DNA of 8,924 nucleotides from a virus (Duplodnaviria; Heunggongvirae; Uroviricota; Caudoviricetes): IMG/VR virus record IMGVR_UViG_2731957997_000009; one strand, 5' to 3'. Shown piece by piece: positions 7,755 to 8,924 of this stretch (position 1 is its first letter; each line of letters starts with the position of its first letter). The notes under the pieces were generated by a model. It saw only the letters and a program-made list of their open reading frames with translations, ran no database searches and was not told where the DNA came from. The position numbers and the translations under genes were made by a program.

Positions 7755-8156
7755 CTATTTATTTGGATGCATAGGCCACTCGGGTTTTACTACATTAACA
7801 CGCATAAGCAGCACCCGATATTTTTTCCATGCCAGTAACAGTTTCGTTTCATCATCTGTTGCCATACCTAAATCAACCGCATCCTGAAGCGGAGCTATTA
7901 CATTCGTTGCCTCTGCTATCAGTGCAGATTTCTTTTCATCATTTATTAAGGCTAATTGTTCTGGTGTTGGAGAAGGACGGTCAACAATGACAGGATGACC
8001 GTTCTCACCACAGGTAATCATTTTTGTTACACTCTGTGCATTAATCAGTGTTTTCCACTCTGATTCCGAGATTTCCACTGCATCATCAGGAATATTGGTG
8101 CCGTGAAATTCAGTCGAATAAAATCCGTTTGTCGATGCAGAATAAAAATATGACAT
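7755..8156 (-). CDS. Phage tail fiber assembly protein (Tfa / gpG / U-type chaperone)
   Basis: C-terminal VIAPLQDAVDLGMATDDETKLLLAWKKYRVLLMRVNVVKPEWP matches the conserved Tfa C-terminus (lambda Tfa ...IAPLQDAADLEIAT..LLEAWKKYRVLLNRVD...WP). Start reassigned to the ATG at 8156-8154 (MSYFYSAS...), 4 nt after the tail fiber stop. The longer ORF from 8252 would overlap the fiber gene by about 90 nt. Confidence 0.8.
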   Translation of the reverse strand: MSYFYSASTNGFYSTEFHGTNIPDDAVEISESEWKTLINAQSVTKMITCGENGHPVIVDRPSPTPEQLALINDEKKSALIAEATNVIAPLQDAVDLGMATDDETKLLLAWKKYRVLLMRVNVVKPEWPMHPNK

Positions 8157-8160
8157 TTTG

Positions 8161-8811
8161 TTAATATCCCATTGCAATGTAATACGCATCAGCAGATGAA
8201 CCGTATCCTGAACCGGGCGACACAGTAATATTAAATCCAGTGTTCTGGACACTTGTCGCCGATACAGTCGGCTGCCCAGCCGCGCCAGTAACGTTCAATG
8301 TAACTACGACAGCAATTACTCTTGAGAACGTCATCGGGAACCTCATCCCGTATGTTGAAGATACATTCGGGGCACCATTCAACTGACCGCACTGTAAAAT
8401 TAATCCAGACGGAAATTTTTGCGCAGCAGCCGTTACGGTATTAATTGACGCGAACAGGCTCATATCAGGTATCTGATTCGCCCCTGTACCTACATTCCTT
8501 TTAGCTGCTTCTCCCAAACCAAGGTTTTCGAGAGCCGTTTTCACCGTGCCATCCGATTTGATATCGCCAAACGGATTCTTGCGGCTTAACAGCAGCGCGC
8601 GAAGTGCGGTAAGCAACTGATCGTGCCGCCCCTTCTCCAGGCTGGCACCGGATGCCTCCACCACGCTGCAAAGCTCCTCCTGCAACATGTCAAAGTAGTC
8701 ATCATCCAGATCGGTGGCAGGCGTGCCAGTCTGGGGGTTACCACGGGTAAAACCGTTCTTACCCGCGCCGAACTTATCCTTCTTCGCGGTTTTCGTGTCT
8801 ATACGATGCAT
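8161..8811 (-). CDS. Phage side tail fiber protein, unusually short (216 aa)
   Basis: N-terminus MHRID...[28 protein letters not shown]...[10 protein letters not shown] resembles the conserved N-terminal domain of Mu S / P1 S-type fibers (from memory). C-terminus ...[25 protein letters not shown] is a typical fiber tip. Followed immediately by the tfa chaperone gene. Confidence 0.7.
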   Translation of the reverse strand: MHRIDTKTAKKDKFGAGKNGFTRGNPQTGTPATDLDDDYFDMLQEELCSVVEASGASLEKGRHDQLLTALRALLLSRKNPFGDIKSDGTVKTALENLGLGEAAKRNVGTGANQIPDMSLFASINTVTAAAQKFPSGLILQCGQLNGAPNVSSTYGMRFPMTFSRVIAVVVTLNVTGAAGQPTVSATSVQNTGFNITVSPGSGYGSSADAYYIAMGY

Positions 8812-8819
8812 GGATTACT

Positions 8820-8924
8820 CTGAGGTGTACTGGCAATAGCGGACACTACCATTTGTTCTTTTTTTAAGCAGCCATCTGATGATATTTTTCCCTGAAGGCT
8901 GCCGGGGAGATATTCCCCAGACGA
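8820..8924 (-). mobile_element. IS3-family element right end (partial, continues beyond window end), inverted relative to the copy at 143-537
   Basis: 8820-8924 is the exact reverse complement of 433-537 (105 of 105 by manual comparison), including the terminal repeat and the end of OrfB. Confidence 0.85.
8864..8924 (-). CDS. IS3-family transposase OrfB, C-terminal end (partial at window edge)
   Basis: Reverse complement encodes ...RLGNISPAAFREKYHQMAA-stop, identical to 433-493. Confidence 0.7.
   Translation of the reverse strand, partial: RLGNISPAAFREKYHQMAA

Noticed and set aside
8157..8252. Longer tfa start at 8252 (165-aa version)
   Set aside because: The extra 32 codons would overlap the 3' end of the tail fiber gene in another frame and show no Tfa similarity. 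The ATG at 8156, just after the fiber stop, is the more plausible start.
7013..8819. Gin/Cin/Pin-type invertible tail fiber segment
   Set aside because: No serine invertase gene and no AAACC-NN-GGTTT crossover sites flanking the fiber and chaperone genes, and no inverted second fiber C-terminus/chaperone pair is detectable.
8623..8823. 66-aa plus-strand ORF opposite the tail fiber gene
   Set aside because: Antisense to the fiber coding region and crossing into the IS end. No support.
1..8924. CRISPR array or other periodic repeat structure
   Set aside because: No regularly spaced direct repeats were found. The only long repeats are the inverted IS3-family ends and the short IS terminal repeats.

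Overview
This window reads as an IS-riddled prophage remnant carrying an O-antigen modification (serotype-conversion) module; nothing in it can be called a previously undescribed system from sequence alone. Left to right: the 5' end of an IS3-family element on the minus strand (1-~142), abutting the 3' ~395 bp of a second IS3-family copy on the plus strand (~143-537); the C-terminal fragment of a P22-type tyrosine integrase (538-895); a 46-nt tRNA-Thr(CGU) 3' fragment acting as an att core (910-955, minus); the gtrA-gtrB-gtrC glucosylation operon (1157-3902); an IS10-like IS4-family element (4267-5564, minus); an AT-rich acyltransferase-3 family membrane protein, probably an O-antigen O-acetyltransferase (5933-6982), with a strong terminator; about 740 bp with no supportable gene; and convergent phage tail fiber (8811-8161) and tail fiber assembly (8156-7755) genes. 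The last 105 bp (8820-8924) are an exact inverted copy of 433-537, so the whole 8.3-kb block is bracketed by identical inverted IS3-family ends. The most checkable oddities are this IS bracket, the phage-form (attP-like) int-core-gtr junction, and the acyltransferase. All homology calls are from reading translated ORFs against remembered protein families; no database search was run.
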